Shown here piece after piece: positions 52,665 through 64,000 of a stretch of DNA of 64,000 nucleotides. The stretch spans positions 29,884,001-29,948,000 of the forward strand of contig OZ004608.1 of assembly GCA_963924565.1 (NCBI GenBank). The letters are read 5' to 3'. The position numbers were made by a program, and so were the translations under genes. Source of the stretch: Ascidiella aspersa. Its lineage: Eukaryota. Numbering within the stretch: the first letter of the stretch is position 1; each line of letters opens with the position of its first letter. Below the pieces are notes generated by a model. The model made no database searches. It saw nothing but the letters and a program-made list of their open reading frames with translations, and had not been told where the DNA came from.

Positions 52665-53184
52665 TCCTAGCCGAACCGTAAAAAAACCTTGCTGAATAAT
52701 AGTGTGATAAATACAATTGGCATATAATTTGGGTCGAAAACCAAAGCACATTAGATTCTACCAAAAGGTAGGAGGTTTCTCTTTTCTCAAAAATTGCAAC
52801 GGGGCAAGTATACAAAAAGGCCCTTTAGGTAAAGCGAGCTTTGCAATCATACGAGAATTCCTCAACCTTTACCCTGACATTTCGTGCACAGCCGTGACGC
52901 GGTGGCATGGGACCGTTCGGCGTAGGACTGGGGTTCAAGTTCGCCCCAGTTTGCGGTGAAGGGTTCCGTTGTTGTAGCGGAACCCTTGCGTTTCGCCCCC
53001 TGGGTCTTTGACATTTTATCCGGTACAATGAATTATTGCGCTCTCGGTAAAAAAGGCTTTTCTTTAGCCTAAGTGCATCGGCCTGTAAATAGTTCTGTAC
53101 GCACTGTTCACTCTTGGGATATCTTGACTAGTGGAGCCGCTCTTCTTGAACTTGTTTCCAGCTGACCGACCGCATTTCGTTTCT

Positions 53185-53256
53185 CGTGCGCGCGTGCGTG
53201 TGTGTGTGAACGCGTGTACTGTACGTGTGTGTGTGTGACTGTGTGTATGTGTGTGT
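53185..53256. repeat. Interrupted (GT)n/(GC)n microsatellite
   Basis: gtgcgcgcgtgcgtgtgtgtgtg...gtgtgtgtgtgtgactgtgtgtatgtgtgtg. Confidence 0.9.
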
Positions 53257-53498
53257 TAAAACACACAGGTTGGCCTTCATCTTCGGTTACCTTGTTGCGC
53301 CCGCTGTTGTTTTCGGTACACAGTCTGCAGGCATGAAAGAACACTTTGCAAATCGTCATCGCAGACAAAACTTTTACCTATTTTTCTATCTTTCCTGTTT
53401 GGGACACGCTGTTCGTTGCCCATAACCCATTTCAACAGATTGTAGTTGATAAGCCACTGGCATTTTTAGGTACACTATGCACTGATCGGTAATGTTGC

Positions 53499-53661
53499 TT
53501 GATAAATGAATTGTAAAGCCAAAAAGGTCGAGTAAATCGAAATCAGCTTAATTAAGACGTTTAACATTAACTCAGGATGATACAAGTTCGTATTGAAACG
53601 TATTATCAAGATGGTGTCGATTTACTCGAATTTTTGGCTTTGCAGTTAATTACATTATCAA
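53499..53661. repeat. Foldback / palindromic MITE remnant
   Basis: aaagccaaaaaggtcgagtaaatcga pairs imperfectly with tcgatttactcgaatttttggcttt; outer ttgataa / ttatcaa. Confidence 0.8.
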
Positions 53662-55724
53662 ACTGGCTTTCTTGTTTTAAAAATTTCGTAACTTAGTTTA
53701 ACTCTTCTTTTAACATCAAGTTTGCGTGATTGTCTTGAAGCCAGTCACCTGTGTAACTTAGTGTATATAGTTGTAGTAAGATGAGAACTGCCTCTTTTTT
53801 GTCGCGGCCTCTAAGTCGCGTTAGGCTTCGGCCTAAACGTGGATCATTGACTCCTAACGTTGCTGTCTCTTACTGCATGGAGATTATGTATGCGTTATAA
53901 CAGTTTTGTCGCATTGTTGGTAAAAAAGTGGTGTTTTGAAAAGCATATGTCAAAATACAATCGTATGAAACGGCAATCAAAGCGATAAGGTTTGTTTAAA
54001 ATACTGCGGAATCTTTCTAAAGGAAGGGCCTAGCGAAAAAAGCATCACTGTACATGGCGCTTTTTATTATGCCACGTCAAACAAAAAAAACTCGTGCAGC
54101 ATTTATAATGCGAAAATTGAACTGTTCGCCTGTTTTTATGTTCGATGAGTTTTCTGATTACCGCTCCTTAAACGGATTGCGGTATCTTGTTTAAACTTGG
54201 AAAACTGGCACAATTCAGTGGCGCGGAAAATAAGCTTCTGTTATGCAGTGCGGTAGGGTGCAGCTGCATAACTCAATGGTGTAGTTAGAAAAGAAGCCTT
54301 GTACTCACTTTGGGCTGGGTTGCAACTAATTGGACGCCGCACGCTTTAGCTACCAACGTAGCCTAAATATAAATGGCTGTCGAAAAAACACTCTCTTTAT
54401 ATTCAATTGCCTTATTACTGTTCTTGGGCGAAACAGAACAAACACGAAAGCCCAAACAAACACTCCCTCTTGTTCAATTTTGTGGTAATGTATATTATTC
54501 TTTATGCGTTGATGTGCTTAAGACGATTTTGATTTCACATTTTGATGTAAACCTGATATATGTTTTAACTATAGTATTGTTTTCCAATTGGTGTTTCCCT
54601 TTTGTCGTATTTAACAAATACTTTCTTTTATTTTATTTTTTTATTAACGCCTTAATTTTATATTTTATGATTAGTAATAATTTAATCGACCTAAAACACA
54701 ACTTTAATTGCAATATTTCACTTTTTTTGAAAAATGCCGGTTCAGGGTTTCTATTATTTCGTCTGAATGATTTATATTTACTGTTTCCTAATAAGTATAT
54801 GAAACATATTTTTTTCTGAAAATTTTATAACATCGTAATTATAAATTATACCCTTCTGACATATAGTTTTCGCAAGCGTTATCCTCTATTTGTCACATCA
54901 GACGCATACAACACCGCCATTTTTAGCGAACTTGTTCAAAATTCAGAAACCCAAAATAACGTAAACGCGAGCGATTGAAAATCAAAAGCGTTTTAAAAAT
55001 TGCGACCAAAACAAAAGAGGCAAAAATAAAGGACCTTTTGGCAAATAAGGAACCGAGTCTAAAGCGCTAAACATATCGCTTATGCTGCGCCGACAACAAG
55101 CTAAAGACACAGCAGAACCGCGCTCCCTTTGCGTAACATAATCCACCACCCTCCAGCAAAGCTGCTGTTGCTGCTGTACATTGCTTTGCGCGAAGGCGCA
55201 ATTAGCGGCGCCGACATGAAAGGCGGGATTCCGGGCGCTTGGGACCCGCCAATTTCGCGCGGCCGACTCGGGGCCGGTTTTCGCGCGGCGCCCGGTTCCC
55301 GCGGGACTCAACGGCCTTAAATTAAGCCGCTTACAGGCAATTTGCTGCCGCTAATTCGATTGCGCGCAATTTGCGGACAAGACCGGCCGACGCCGTGTAT
55401 TTTCGGCCTGTGGCGCCTAATTGCGAACGGGATCTGACAATGTCGTGCCGCTGCTAACGCGAAAACAACGCCCCCGCTACGAACGTGTTGTTCTGTTTAC
55501 GCGTTTCGCTTTCGATTCTGCATTATCCGGTGATTATACGAGTGTTCGGCCATGTGAATGATGTGTGTGAAGCACTAGGCCTCGACCGCGAGGTCTGACA
55601 TTTGTCCGTTTGCTCTTTTCGTGCCGCTCGTTTTGTGCGGCGTTTCTGATAAAGCACGGTTACTTAATAGCACTTCATTCTTGGATAGGGCCATTGCAAT
55701 TTGTTTGTGTTTTTCAAGTTAGAC

Positions 55725-55830
55725 CGAAACGAAACTGAACTTTGTCGAGCTTATCGTGTTTCGCGAAACTAAACTTAGAGCTTATCGTGTATCCCGAAAT
55801 TAAACTTGGAACTTACCCTGTTTCCCGAAT
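55725..55830. repeat. Short tandem repeat, about 3 copies of ~31-34 bp
   Basis: cgaaactaaactt..agcttatcgtgtttc.cg-like units. Confidence 0.75.
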
Positions 55831-57264
55831 TAGGATTATCGAATTGGCGAAAGCTGGGAGTTCAAATTTACTTAATTACCCGGTTTTTTAAGTTCTCTCT
55901 TGGGTTTCGATCCTCAGACGCTAAGAACATGCTTTTCCATAGGTTTAGAAGATAAAGTTATATATATCGCCCATATACGTCATCTTGTCAAGCCCTTGGG
56001 AATGCGATGATGTAGGTTGATATCGCTGTAAAGCGAATCCGTTTTTGAACTTGTCAGTAAGGCATGAAGGTTTTATTGTACGATTCTTACAGCTATATGC
56101 TTTGAAATGCCAGCCAAGTCTCAGGAACTGATGATCACGTATTCTCGATTCTTTCCATAGTTACCGGTTTGGTGGGTCGTTAGCACTCAATTTTATCAAT
56201 TTGCTGAAGCCTTATTTCATGGCGTAAATCAGGCCTACACAACTAAAAATAGTACAAGTGCCGCCACAAGAAAAAATAACTTCTCGGTTCACATACTGAA
56301 GTTACATAACCATAGTAAACGATGTGTGATTCATTAGGTACATAAATCGAGGCCCAATAATAGTTTTGTTTAACATAAATTTTGTAGAGTTTGTGCAACA
56401 TATTTGCCCCCCTGATTCCGTCACTGTCTGCATTGCCATGTTTTTCCAAACTCACGGTCTCGTAGCCCGGCCATTTATTAAACACAAGTAATAATTTGGT
56501 GATTGCAGTAATTATGTGTGCGCAAGTCCGTACATATATAAAATAGAAGTACTGTAGTAAATCGAAAAATGTTATTAGCTCTTGAGCCGCACGTAAACTG
56601 AGTTTTTTTGGTTTAAATCCGAGAAAACGCTGTACTTTTAATGCGTAACATATACGCAAAATATAGCATCTCCTAAGCGACCATTGTGTTCGATTCAATC
56701 GTCGGTTTTCCTAAATACAGTATCGCGTGGCGAAAATACAAAATTCGCCGCATCGCATTTAAATTCAAGGAACCCGCCGCATTTTTTAGGAGTCTTTCCA
56801 GGAACGCGCGGCAAAAAAACTCATCAGCGCTTTAGGGCTGGTATTTCCGACGCTTCTAATCAGGGGGAAGCCCCGACTATTATCAACATTCTGAGCGAGT
56901 TTTGAATACGTTGGCAAGCGCTGAATGAGCGCTTCGCCTCGCCAAGATTTTCGAAAACTGACAGAACGCGTGACGTCATCTGACCGATTGTGACGTCGAA
57001 GTAATTCTGGTGACGCGACGGTTGGTATCAGGTGTACGCAATTTTTTTGACAGACAACTTAAGCATGCATTCTGTACAGTAACAATAAACGTTATGTAAA
57101 TTAACAGACACTTTTTACCTCTATATAGATTAGAGTTACGTTTTTGCTTAGGTTAAATTCCGAATACGTCCCGATTCATTACAATAGGTACATATTTCTT
57201 AACATTTAGCAGACAATTTTACGTTTCGACTTTTGTGGAGGCAAAATTCTAAGCAGACATTTTT

Positions 57265-57780
57265 TACGTTGGTATGGATTAGCGTTACGATTTCTGATTT
57301 CTGATGAGCAACATTACAGGATGCATTCCCATATAAAGCACAGCCCGTCTTTTTTTTAATAAATGGATTTATTCGTTTTAGAAACACCATTTAAAAATAG
57401 ATTTACGCAAGCCACAGTAATAACTCCACGGTAAAAGACATGCGTAACGTTGATATGGATTAGCGTTACGATTTCTGATGAGAAACATTACAGGATGCAT
57501 TCCTATATAAAGGACAGCCCGTATTTTTTTGATAAATGGATTTAATAGTTTTAAAAACACCATTTAAAAATAGATTTATAGTGTTACGATTTCAGAGTAG
57601 GCCAAATTCAGTACGCCTTCTAAAAAGTCGAAATAGACATAGACGCAAGCCACGGTATTAAATGGACAGTTCACAATAATATAGATTGGCGTTAGCATAG
57701 AAAGGCGAAATATGGAATGCATTTCCAAAGGTCGCTATTTAAGCTCACGTCATTTTTCAGATTTTTCAGTTACGATTTTT
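57265..57780. repeat. Tandem duplication, 181-bp offset, with a degenerate third copy
   Basis: tatggattagcgttacgatttctgat at 57273 and 57454; acattacaggatgcattcc and acaccatttaaaaatagattta twice. Confidence 0.9.
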
Positions 57781-58694
57781 TAAATGGGCATAAATTCGTG
57801 CTAGAGTCCTACTGCAGCGAACATATACACAAATTATCCGGGACATGTTTTTAAAAATCGGCTCATACGGCTATCTATGAGTGCTGTCCAATTGGCAGCG
57901 ACACCCAAGATTTTATTTGAAAAACGTGTCGCGCCGTTCGCGACAACGGGGATTTTCCTTCCTCGCAACGATTATGGAGGTCGTGCTCGATTTACGTTTT
58001 TGCCTTGCTTTTGTAGCGCGCTGTCCGGTCGATTTGTTGCAACGTCGCTAATGCAAAGAGGGTTTGGATATTTGCAGTTCTCGATTTTTTTGTTGCAATC
58101 ACTCACATGTTGAACATGTAAGCTTTATGAAATTTTTTCTTAAAACTTGCGAAGACCCAGACATCTGCAAAGCAAGTGCTATTTCGTTACTGTACCGCTT
58201 GAACTAGAAACTATACAATACTTGAGTATCGTTAGAACATTGTTTTACCCATAAACATTTTTCATAAAACACATGCAGTTATTTTCTGCATGGAAATATT
58301 TTATTTTATTATAGACGGGATTGATTTGCACTTAAATCGTCAAACACGCAATTGCGTTAATTTGACGGTTTAAAGCAAGGGTCACCTAATTTGATTGACG
58401 ATCGTGTACCTGTTATAAATTTTGTGGTAAACTTTATTAACTCGACTATTATTAAACGAAGTAAACGTTGACAAATATTTTATAAAATGTATATAGCGAG
58501 TGTTACGAAATTGTCGTTATGTTTAAAACGCTATATGAATTCAGCTTAGTTTTGCACATGCCCTTTTTGGTTGGTAAACTATTAAACACCGTCTTTTGGT
58601 AAATATGCTGCTGCGGGCCGAAATAGTTAAACCTGCGGCCCATTTTTTGGAGAACCCTGTTTAAACCGAAGCATAAAAAATCGAAGGATAACAA

Positions 58695-58778
58695 CCACCT
58701 GGCCCGGGACTCGAACCGAAAACCTTCAGATCTTTAGCTTTCGTGATGCAGCAAAACCTCATTCGCCATTGGCGTGCC
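58695..58778 (-). pseudogene. tRNA-derived (SINE-head or tRNA pseudogene) fragment
   Basis: On the minus strand, A-box-like TGGCGAATGAGG and B-box GGTTCGAGTCC; no convincing cloverleaf. Confidence 0.5.
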
Positions 58779-59269
58779 TCGTACCCCAAACTTCTCCCGA
58801 CATTTACAGTAAAACCGAAGCTGGCGCGCACACAGAACGGAACCTGTAACGGTGACACGGTGGCCGTCTCGAGTCTACGCACGTAAAGCTAGACACGAAC
58901 GAAAAAGCAACAGCAGCACTAGCAGACATGTCGTGATGTCCCATCAACCAGCAAGCGCCTGATTGCTTTTGGAAGGCTTCCAGATTCCCTCGCCTAACGT
59001 TTCCGGCATGCCAATTCCTCGTGCGTGGGTCTCGTCTGGGCGCGGCGCTCAACCCTGTGCCGAAATCCGAGGAAATTGCCTAGACACGAACATGAAAGTG
59101 CGGGGATGCCCGTTTATTCACAATAAAAATTAAAAAAACGGCAAAATAATCCGATTGGGGCACGAACGTTGTGATAGATTGAGTCGTTTGATTTCTCCCG
59201 AACGTTAAAGCCGACTCTTTCTCAAACGACGCAAAAAACGTGTGAAAAATTCGCTACATTATTTAGTCC

Positions 59270-59550
59270 CCAATTCTCGACTCCGGTAAATTTGTCGAAT
59301 CCACCGAGTCCCGAGCTGGGCGTCGATTATACAGAAATCCATCAGTAGGGCTGGTATAACTTATCCACTTACAAGGTACGTGGGTGAAATGTTTTACCAT
59401 ATGTTTTTCCATCTTAACAACTTAAAGTTTATGGCCTCATTAGTTTCGAAATTTGGTATTCAGCATGCGGACTGTATAGTTTCATGTAGTCTTACTCGAG
59501 TTCCGAGTCCGACTCTGGCGAAATAAACTCCGACTCCGCAGCTCCGATTT
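59270..59550. mobile_element. Degenerate MITE with CGACTCC/GAGTC repeats
   Basis: Clustered cgactccg / gagtcc motifs at both ends of an AT-rich core; termini unclear. Confidence 0.45.
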
Positions 59551-62500
59551 AGCCAGGCAAAAAAAATACTACATATTTTTTACCCATAAACATATGAAAA
59601 TTCCCAAGTAAAAATCCTAAGGAAAAAAATATATAGGCACACACAGAGTTTTTCATACTTCAGAAAGAAAACTTCAGAAGTGCGAAACACTCGTTTTTAC
59701 GCGTATCGTTCGACGATTCTAAAAATGTAAAACTTAAGTCTGACTGTTTAACATATCGGTATGTCCCGCCTTTCGGTTCTGCATAACAGAAAATGTTAGC
59801 AGCTGTTTCACGTCGTTGATCGTAAAACTCCCGACGACCTGACATAACAATCAGCAGAAAAAATCAAGAAGACAGTGGCGTCTTTTATGGGATAGCTTTG
59901 GTGTTTCTATAAACATCAGGCAACGTTTTCTGTCTCGGCTCAACCGATCGACAACGTTTTGCTTGCGGCGTTTTGTGTATAATTGTTTCTGCATAATCTC
60001 TATCGTGATCACCTGTTTTACATTTAACCCTGGGTTTTGAACAAAATCGGTTTCGTTCGTTGACAGTTACGAAATGGCTTTTTGAGGTGATGTCATTTCA
60101 ATTTTGGATTTTTTAATTCTTTAGGAAATAACCTTCACTATCAAGTTTAGTCATATTTGCATAGGACTTGTTTTAAATTATGTAGTTACTTCCCACCTGA
60201 CAGTGTCACGCAAGGAGGGGAGAGGTCATTAACCTAGGGGGTCTTACGTAATATTTACAAACACATCACAGAAAAACTAGCAAACTGCAGAAAAAAGTTT
60301 TTTTGTCCTATCAAGTTTTTTAGCGATTTTTTAAAGTCAATTAGCCTACTTAGGGAAAGCAAGAAGGATTTTTACTTTCTAACGGCACACCTGTATTTGT
60401 TGGTGATCCTTATGACAATGACAATCTTACTACCCTGTAGGAATCAATTGGTAGCGCTAATTTACGAAATCTTTCGCGATAAGCTGGTAATGTTTTTTGT
60501 TTATAAATTTACAGAAAATTATTTATTTTGCTATTAAACTTTAAAGGACGTCTGTCGAGGTGTCTTCTGCACACTCTTGGTAGTTCAGTGCAAACCGAAA
60601 AGTTTGGTAAAGGAATGTATAAACCAAATTGTGATTCATAGTAGAAAATTTCATCTCACACTGTGTTTTCTATAAACTTAGATAAGAAAGAAGTTAATTA
60701 ATCGGTTATGTCAATGCAGGCATTTTTACATAGGTATAAAATTGAAACCTATACGACATTTGTCATACGTTCAAACAAACTTAACTTTAGGACGATTAGT
60801 GCATCCTAGTTTGTAACAAGTCTTGGCTTATGGAAAAGATGTGTCTATTACAGTTTTACATATTTTTGTTTAATTTTGTCGACTATTTTTCTGTAGGTTT
60901 GATTTTGTGTTAGCAGGGTACATCGAAGTAATAGATAAAAAAGGTCAATTACTTCGTGGGTTTTGCTGGGGAGGAATTTACTGTGTTTGAGCTTGTAAGG
61001 AAGGAATATGATAAACTTTGGGAACCACTGGCCTAGATTCAGTCCACGTCAGCACCGACCCGGGCCCGCCACCTAACGGTCGCTTCTAACGCTCCCACCA
61101 TAGTGCTTATCGACAAACATTTGCCGATTGTATCGCGCGCAAAAAAACAGCGCCCGCTTCCAATAACCAGCGCACACGGTTTCTCTAAATTCCTGGCTTT
61201 GCCCACCGGCCAGAAAACGCCTCTTCTGCCAGAATATACGCGATGGCTTATTGCACCAACAAACAAAGCTCGGTGCTTTATCTCGGTAGTAAAACGCGCG
61301 CTGTTTTAGATTTCGTACGTTCGCTCGCTCGTGCTACTTGCTTGTGTTTATCACGCCTGGAGGCCGCATTACACTGAAACGCGCTCACCTCTCGTTTGTT
61401 TTGGAAAATCGCGTTTGTGTTGTGCGATGATAGTGCGATTAGAGTAACAAAATGCTGATTCGACCTTTTTATCTTACAATGATTTATTTTCGTCGCTTGA
61501 TTTTTTATGTCAGGGTTTATCAAATTTTTTTTAAAGAGCCAAGTCATGGTCAAAACGAATAGCGTGGGCCGTATAAATAAATATTTTTAACATAATATGT
61601 AATTAGATTTTTTAATTTGTCGTTTAGATTTAATTAAAATTTAGTTCATATTTGCACCCAAGAAACATTTCCGTTAATAAACTAGCTATTATTAACCGTG
61701 CCTTTAAAAATATGTCTTTCCTGTTTTAAGACCCATGATCCTACACTGTTTTTATCTCTTGGTTGGATGAGTAGCGTATGACAATGCAAAATGACCACAT
61801 GTCAATATGTTCATGTTTTAATATTTGTTTCATCCCACCCGTTTCATGCATTTTCGCGGTTTTTGATTGTTTGCGTGTATATGAGGACGCTTTGACCACG
61901 AATAAGCCAACGCCCCTAAGCGCAATAAGATTATTGCGTAAAAGTCGTTTTGGGTGAACACAAATACTACGTTGTATACACGTCCAATGGAAAACATTTA
62001 AAAGCGTATTAAAACAGGGCTTAAGGTTAACAGTGTGCCTCACTAAGACTTTGCTCTGCCTGATTTTATCGCAATGAACGCCACAATGATCGCCAAATGA
62101 TCTTTGGGTGCTACGAGCGTTTCAACGTTGTCTGTGCGAAACCGCAAGATTGTTCTGTCAAATACCTGACTTGCCGGTTCGGCAGCCTGACAAAGTTTCG
62201 CACAGATAACAGTACGGTACTGCGCGTTATGGCTGCCTACTAGGCCAGGTTGAAAGACCAATTGGCACAATTTTACTCAAACTGTGTGTCGTGGAAGTTG
62301 CCATTTTGAGCAGAAACCAATTTTTATTGTAGACAATATATTATTTACTGGATAATTGAATTTATAATGTGTTTTTTACAATTGCCTTATCGTTGCTGTC
62401 AACCTATAATAGAATCGTTTTGTAGAACGTACCTCATTTTTTTATCTTATGTGGAAAAAGTCAGATGTTTGCTTTTTTAAGGACATCTTTGTGCCATCTT

Positions 62501-64000
62501 TCGATCTTGTGAAACAGTTTTTTGTTCCTTAGGACGACGATTTGCATTTTTTAACACTTTTATTGCCCTAAAATGGCTCGAAATAGAGTTGAAAACGTTA
62601 TCGCATATCAAAAACTGAGCGGATTGAGTGCATTTGCCAATATTATTGTTTATCTACACTGGTGCTTATTCGGTCTACATATTATTCAATTTGTTGTGCC
62701 GCACTGTATTTTTATACTTCAATTTCAGGAGTGAATCCAAACCCAGTCGGAAATTTTTGCCCGTTTATCCCCGGGCCATCACGGAAAATATTTATATCCG
62801 GCTAAAGGTATATAACCCTGACAATAATCGGTGATATATGACATATTTTTCTGGGTTATTTCTGTCGAAGCTTCATAATCATCGGCGCTTCCCAGAATTT
62901 TGGTGATAAATGTGGTTTTCGTAACTTATTCGGCGATTACCATATTTTCTGGGAAAAATCGAACCTAACCACAAGTTGTTTTTTTTTACTTTGTAGACTC
63001 GCCTATTTTAACAGTTTCTTTGCTAAACCAAAATTTTAACCTATATCATACACATATGTAATAATGTTTTGGGGGTTACTATTTTTACTTGGGTATAAGT
63101 TAGCTGTTATAATCTTTATAGTTTTCTTGTTTAGGCAACATATTTAGCAAAGTTAAGAAGGTATATTTAGATATGCTGAAAAAAAAGATGTTAATTGATA
63201 AAATTTATTACATTAGTAAAGGTTAAGTTGCCTGAACACAAATCTTTTGGAAAAGTACTATTCGTACCAACGCTATACACATAGTTTCCTACTTAAGGCA
63301 ACAATACTGGCTACCCGATGCTTCAACTTCGCGCCGACCTTTCCCCGCTCTGTCCTTGCAATTTATTATATTGCGTTTTTTTTTATTTACAAACGGCGCG
63401 CATATTTTTGAACTCCAGACGTCCGATTGGCCGATATGCGGATGACATCACAATCGAGTTTGAACGTTTATTGTTAAGACAATTGAAATCACAAATCAGT
63501 TGAAAGCTATAGGGCAGCTGAGTGTTAGACTTTTTCGTCAGTTGTTGTTTTCTTTTTTTACCTGCCCTAAAATTTTTACCTTAGCCCTAAAGATCAGGTT
63601 AGCTATCAAATATATGTTTAGGATAGTGTAGGCTAAGCTATATTTGAAGTTTTATATCAGAATAAAAAAATAAATTCATTGAATAAAATAACTTTTAGCA
63701 AGAACTAAATTTGTATCTAAACAAAGTAGGAAACAAGCTCCATTTTTACACCTGTTGACAAGTTTATTTCTGTGGCAGGTGCACATCCCAGATTTTTTAC
63801 GCAATCTAAAGTCACATCTAAATATTTGTATTAAGTGAGCATAAAATCCTGACTAAATACCTGGAAATCTTAAAAAAACTAAAGATATCGACATAAAGTG
63901 CCAATAAATGCCAACACCAACATGGCCTCTGGGATTAAAAGCTGATGGATGTTAAAGATTTTCCTAATTGGGGCGGCTGCTTATCAAAATTTGCAGGTAA

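Noticed and set aside
53269-53340. Possible exon after the GT microsatellite (cacacAG)
   Set aside because: No pyrimidine tract, early stop in the required phase, no homology.
54373-54819. 148-aa hydrophobic ORF resembling a membrane protein
   Set aside because: F/L/I/Y richness is explained by T-rich spacer DNA; no splice or homology support.
58695-58778. Functional tRNA gene
   Set aside because: A/B boxes are present but acceptor and anticodon stems cannot be formed convincingly; kept only as a tRNA-derived remnant.
62729-62805. Possible next NFI exon after ttcaatttcAG
   Set aside because: The required phase reaches a TAA after 25 codons with no NFI similarity and no good donor.

Overview
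Eukaryotic (animal) genomic DNA; the style suggests an invertebrate chordate such as a tunicate, but the taxon cannot be established from sequence alone. The window holds the 5' part of a single protein-coding gene on the + strand, a Nuclear Factor I (NFI/CTF) transcription factor. The DNA-binding domain is split between an exon ending at 31039 and an exon at 48243-48429 (intron of about 17.2 kb). A probable 60-bp acidic exon follows at 49232-49291, and I could not find the C-terminal exons in the window. The gene appears to have two N-termini. (i) A candidate distal first exon ends ATG|GTAAG at 3111 and could splice to an AG lying inside the big exon directly before DEFHPF; its upstream region carries an NFI palindrome. 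(ii) A 379-aa low-complexity extension is read in frame from ATG 29555. The remaining ~61 kb is non-coding and alternates quasi-periodically (~1 kb) between CpG-rich, motif-dense islands and AT-rich spacers filled with non-autonomous hAT elements, foldback MITEs and 140-230 bp tandem duplications. Nearly all ORFs in the supplied track are spurious.
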